A DNA stretch of 64,000 nt from contig JAXHNX010000024.1 in the NCBI GenBank assembly GCA_034519945.1, forward strand, positions 22,520 through 86,519, in the 5' to 3' direction. Position 1 is the stretch's first letter; each line of letters starts with the position of its first letter. This DNA comes from Rheinheimera sp. GTDB taxonomy: Bacteria > Pseudomonadota > Gammaproteobacteria > Enterobacterales > Alteromonadaceae. The position numbers and the translations under genes are program-made. The notes beneath the pieces were generated by a model, which did no database searches, was not told where the DNA came from, and was given only the letters and a program-made list of their open reading frames with translations. Of the stretch, positions 61,770 to 64,000 are shown piece by piece.

Positions 61770-61912
61770 TCGCAGTCCTCCTGAAAAAGTGCAGGCAGTG
61801 TAGCGACTGACCTGCAATCAGACTGTCGGAGCTTTGCTGTGGATCTGTCAGCTTTTGTAAGCGGAATGTAAACTGCCAGAAGGTCTTACCAGTGAAAAAT
61901 GTCAGGCCGGAC

Positions 61913-61939
61913 TGTCGAAAGCAGAACAGCCGTAACGAC
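61913..61939 (+). promoter_or_regulatory. ECF42-type promoter (TGTCGA-N17-CGAC)
   Basis: Matches the ECF42 consensus as I recall it (-35 TGTCGA, -10 CG[A/T]C); about 50 bp upstream of the operon encoding the sigma factor. Confidence 0.65.
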
Positions 61940-61990
61940 CAGTATTGATGAACAGCGACCACAGTATCCACCACACGAAGGAACACCCTG

Positions 61991-62428
61991 ATGCACACCA
62001 CAGAACTGAACCAATTACAGCACGCGATTGACCAATGGTTGCAAGCGGTAAAACGTAGCGATTTGGCGGCGATCTGCAGCCATTATACGGCAGATGTCCG
62101 GGCCTTTGATGCGGTCAAACAGCTGCAGTTTAGCCAGGCGGACTATTTTGCTCACTGGCAACAATGCCTGGAGATGTGCCCGAGCCATGTCGCTTTTGAT
62201 TTGCAGGATATTCAGCTCCGTCACAGTGCTGACCTTGCCATCATGCATGCATTGTTATACTGCGCCGGGACCAATGACAAAGGCGAAGTGCAGGGGTGCT
62301 GGATGCGCGTGACGCAGGGCTGGCAACAACAGCAGGGGCAATGGCGGATTTTTCACGACCACTTTTCTGCGCCTTTTGATATGGTTAGTGGGGCCGCTTT
62401 GTTTAACCTGCAGCCTGACACGGTCTGA
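61991..62428 (+). CDS. SnoaL/YybH-like NTF2-fold protein
   Basis: WMRVT...WRIFHDHFSAPFD. Confidence 0.88.
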   Translation: MHTTELNQLQHAIDQWLQAVKRSDLAAICSHYTADVRAFDAVKQLQFSQADYFAHWQQCLEMCPSHVAFDLQDIQLRHSADLAIMHALLYCAGTNDKGEVQGCWMRVTQGWQQQQGQWRIFHDHFSAPFDMVSGAALFNLQPDTV

Positions 62429-62439
62429 GGAACATACCG

Positions 62440-62784
62440 ATGAAATATTTATGCCTGGTCTACAGCGACGAAAAGTTGCTGCATTCATTGCCGGAGAGCC
62501 CAAAGGATCCTGAGTGTTTCGCTTATGCGGCGGCGGTGCAGCAAAGTGGCCGCATGCTGGCAGCCGAAGCGCTACAGCCAGTGGCCAGTGCCACCACAGT
62601 GCGGGTACGCGCCGGCAAAACCTTGTTAACCGATGGCCCTTTTGCCGAGACCAAAGAACAGCTGGCGGGTTTTTATCTGGTCGAAGCACGTGATTTAAAC
62701 GAGGCCATCACGCTTGCGGCCGGGATTCCGGCGGCGCGGGTCGGCTCAGTGGAAGTGCGGCCGGTGCGTGAGCTGGATGTCTGA
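62440..62784 (+). CDS. YciI/DGPF family protein
   Basis: TDGPFAETKEQLAGFY and VEVRP. Confidence 0.93.
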   Translation: MKYLCLVYSDEKLLHSLPESPKDPECFAYAAAVQQSGRMLAAEALQPVASATTVRVRAGKTLLTDGPFAETKEQLAGFYLVEARDLNEAITLAAGIPAARVGSVEVRPVRELDV

Positions 62785-62814
62785 AATGGCTTCGGCTGCC
62801 ATAGGTGTGATCTG

Positions 62815-64000
62815 ATGACCACTACAGTAGCGCCGGCAGTAACACCAGCAGACGTGGCGGATTTGTATCAGCAGCATTCACGCCGGGTGTTGGCGACATT
62901 AATCCGCTTGCTCGGCGATTTCACGCTGGCGGAAGAAGGTTTGCAGGAAGCATTTGCTGCCGCGTTGCAGCAATGGCCAGCACAAGGCCTGCCGGACAAT
63001 CCGCTGAGCTGGCTGGTGTCGGCCGGCCGCTTTAAAGCCATCGATAAACTGCGCAGCCTGCAACGTCAGCGTGCGACGGCTGAGGCCTGGTTGCTGCAGC
63101 AGGGCGACGATGCAGGTCTTGTCGCAGAAACGGAGTCGTCTGAAGACCTGGCGACATTGCAGGACGACGAGCTACGGCTGATTTTTATCTGTTGCCACCC
63201 GGCGTTATCACCGCAAGCGCGCCTGGCGCTGACGTTGCGTGAAGTTTGTGGCCTGACCACCGAACAGATCGCCCGCGCTTTTTTGCAAAGTCCGGTCACT
63301 ATTGCTCAGCGCATCGTGCGTGCCAAACAGAAAATCCGTGACGCCGCCATTCCCTATGAAGTGCCACAAGCTGCCCACTTACCGGAGCGGCTGGATACGG
63401 TATTAAAAGTAATTTATCTGCTGTTTAACGAAGGCTATAGCCAAAGCAGCGGTGACCATCTGCTGTGTGCGGAGTTGTCGGCGCAAGCGATCCGTCTCGC
63501 CCGGCTGTTACAACAATTATTGCCAGCCGACGGTGAGGTCAAAGCGCTGCTGGCGCTATTACTGTTGCAGGAAAGCCGGCGCGCGGCGCGGCTGGATAGC
63601 ACAGGCGATCTGATTGTGTTGGCGCAGCAGAACCGGGCGCTGTGGGATCAGCTATTGATCACCGAAGGTGTGCAACTGACAGAGCAGGCGCTGTCAGGCC
63701 CACGTTTTGGCCCTTATGCGCTGCAGGCGGCAATCGCCGCACTGCACGCTGAAAGCCCGGCTGCGGCAAAGACCGACTGGGCGCAAATCGTTGCGCTGTA
63801 TGATGTGTTATTGCGACTGGAACCCGGTCCGGTGGTCGCATTAAACCGCGCTGTGGCTATTGGCGAACGGGACGGCGCAGCAGCGGCGTTGCCGTTATTA
63901 CAGGAACTGGAACAACAAGGTGTGCTTGGCAGTTATCATCTGCTCGATGCGGCGTTGGCCGACTGTTACCGTCAGCTGCAGCAAAGTACACTGGCCAGGC
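62815..64000 (+). CDS. ECF42-type sigma factor with C-terminal TPR extension (runs off the right edge)
   Basis: Not in the ORF track. Hand translation gives RVLATLIRLLGDFTLAEEGLQEAF, LRLIFICCHPAL, YLLFNEGY, YALQAAIAALH and LNRAVA. Confidence 0.92.
   Translation, partial: MTTTVAPAVTPADVADLYQQHSRRVLATLIRLLGDFTLAEEGLQEAFAAALQQWPAQGLPDNPLSWLVSAGRFKAIDKLRSLQRQRATAEAWLLQQGDDAGLVAETESSEDLATLQDDELRLIFICCHPALSPQARLALTLREVCGLTTEQIARAFLQSPVTIAQRIVRAKQKIRDAAIPYEVPQAAHLPERLDTVLKVIYLLFNEGYSQSSGDHLLCAELSAQAIRLARLLQQLLPADGEVKALLALLLLQESRRAARLDSTGDLIVLAQQNRALWDQLLITEGVQLTEQALSGPRFGPYALQAAIAALHAESPAAAKTDWAQIVALYDVLLRLEPGPVVALNRAVAIGERDGAAAALPLLQELEQQGVLGSYHLLDAALADCYRQLQQSTLAR

Overview
A 64-kb chromosomal window from a gammaproteobacterium; gene content and style suggest a Rheinheimera/Alishewanella-like organism (inference). 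The main find is at the left edge: a class III lanthipeptide (RiPP) cluster on the minus strand. Its five small precursor genes are not called as such in the ORF track. Four are near-identical copies in a 130-bp tandem array (MNVLNLQNIVFEDN[A/Q]DDLQ-SWSTLSGVCRTLAGNAQ[A]) and one is divergent (MAVLHLQQLPGLTDTDDSEIF-SVLSSLCRRSEL). All carry a VLxLQ leader motif and one SxxSxxC labionin-type motif, and they are followed by a LanKC synthetase and an ABC exporter. Housekeeping genes are cysJIH, ilvL-GM-DA with its attenuator, a separate ilvE, mesX/mesD and an FKBP. An accessory hotspot follows ilvA: a Fic gene between diverged 391-bp copies of the ilvA 3' end, an IS10-like element with a 9-bp target duplication, a HEPN fragment and two HEPN/MNT pairs. 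Further right are a TonB receptor/PepSY pair, a TrmB-serine hydrolase-YdbST locus with a Cys-rich orphan, a subclass B1 metallo-beta-lactamase, an S41-peptidase/serine-hydrolase fusion and an ECF42-type operon. Many genes carry single-base frameshifts that look like uncorrected sequencing errors. I saw no rRNA, tRNA or CRISPR array.
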